This document shows, piece by piece, positions 36,333-36,834 of a stretch of 36,834 nt of DNA. A program made the translations under genes and the position numbers. The notes under the pieces were generated by a model. That model worked only from the letters and a program-made list of their open reading frames with translations, made no database searches and was not told where the DNA came from. Source of the DNA: Candidatus Onthocola stercorigallinarum (lineage in GTDB: Bacteria; Bacillota_I; Bacilli_A; RF39; UBA660); the NCBI GenBank assembly GCA_018715145.1, contig DVMD01000082.1:1-36834 (forward strand), given 5' to 3'. The number at the start of each line of letters is the position of its first letter. The stretch's first letter is position 1.

Positions 36333-36834
36333 ACTTACCTTCAATAAAAGTAATAATTTTATAAAGGATATAAGATATAATAACTAATATTAAAATACCT
36401 GCCATAACTAAACTTAAATTAAATACTTGAGTACCATAGATTATTAAATAACCTAAACCTTCTTTGCTTACTAGAAATTCACCCATAATTACACCTATAA
36501 GGCTCATGGATATATTTAATTTAAGGCTTGAAATAATAGTTTTATATGAACTAGGTATTACAAGTTTAGTTAATATTTGTAATTTGTTGGCTCCAAAAGA
36601 TTTAATCATTTTAATTTTTTTCTCATCAATGTTTAAAAATCCATTATATATAGTAATTATACTAACGATTAAATTAATAAGTAAAGCCATGACAATAACA
36701 CTTTTAGTATTGGCTCCAGCAATAATGATAATTAATGGTCCTAAAGCAACTTTAGGAAGTGAATTAATCATAGTTAAAAATGGATCAATTATATCTGCTA
36801 GTATTGGAAATTCATAAAGAATTATAGCTATTAT
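36316..36834 (-). CDS. ABC transporter permease (sulfonate/nitrate/taurine type), 5' part outside the window
   Basis: NSLPKVALGPLIII, SFGANK.Q...KLVIP, SLIGVIMGEFLVSKEGLGYLIIYG. Confidence 0.88.
   Translation of the reverse strand: MIAIILYEFPILADIIDPFLTMINSLPKVALGPLIIIIAGANTKSVIVMALLINLIVSIITIYNGFLNIDEKKIKMIKSFGANKLQILTKLVIPSSYKTIISSLKLNISMSLIGVIMGEFLVSKEGLGYLIIYGTQVFNLSLVMAGILILVIISYILYKIITFIEGKLIKKF

Overview
Very AT-rich chromosomal window from a low-GC Firmicute using genetic code 11 (TGA is used as stop); gene content suggests an uncultured gut Bacilli lineage such as RF39 (inference). Housekeeping genes (dapL, cinA/pncC, a Rel homologue, TIGR01212-type radical SAM, tRNA-Thr(CGU), corA, Ca/Na antiporter, rlmB-sigH-secE-nusG, ABC transporters) are interleaved with accessory modules. 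Main observations: (1) Two separate DUF3800 genes, each paired with independently promoted and terminated, structured ~110-150 nt non-coding RNA. The first has one convergent RNA and follows a kinase-phosphatase-RNA ligase gene. The second is bracketed by two copies of one RNA that share a scaffold but differ in two segments. (2) Long DNA palindromes embedded in coding sequence: one in an intact KilA-N gene, and three in tandem RhuM-like gene fragments bounded by twin hairpins. (3) A non-cellulosomal dockerin/cohesin surface-display gene pair. (4) A five-repeat GcrA/Myb-like protein coupled to a hybrid sigma factor. (5) A probably synthetase-dead short Rel protein. (6) A collagen-like protein plus GT2-TPR glycosyltransferase, and intergenic Spo0A-box-like sites. 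All family assignments come from motif recognition by eye; no database searches were run.
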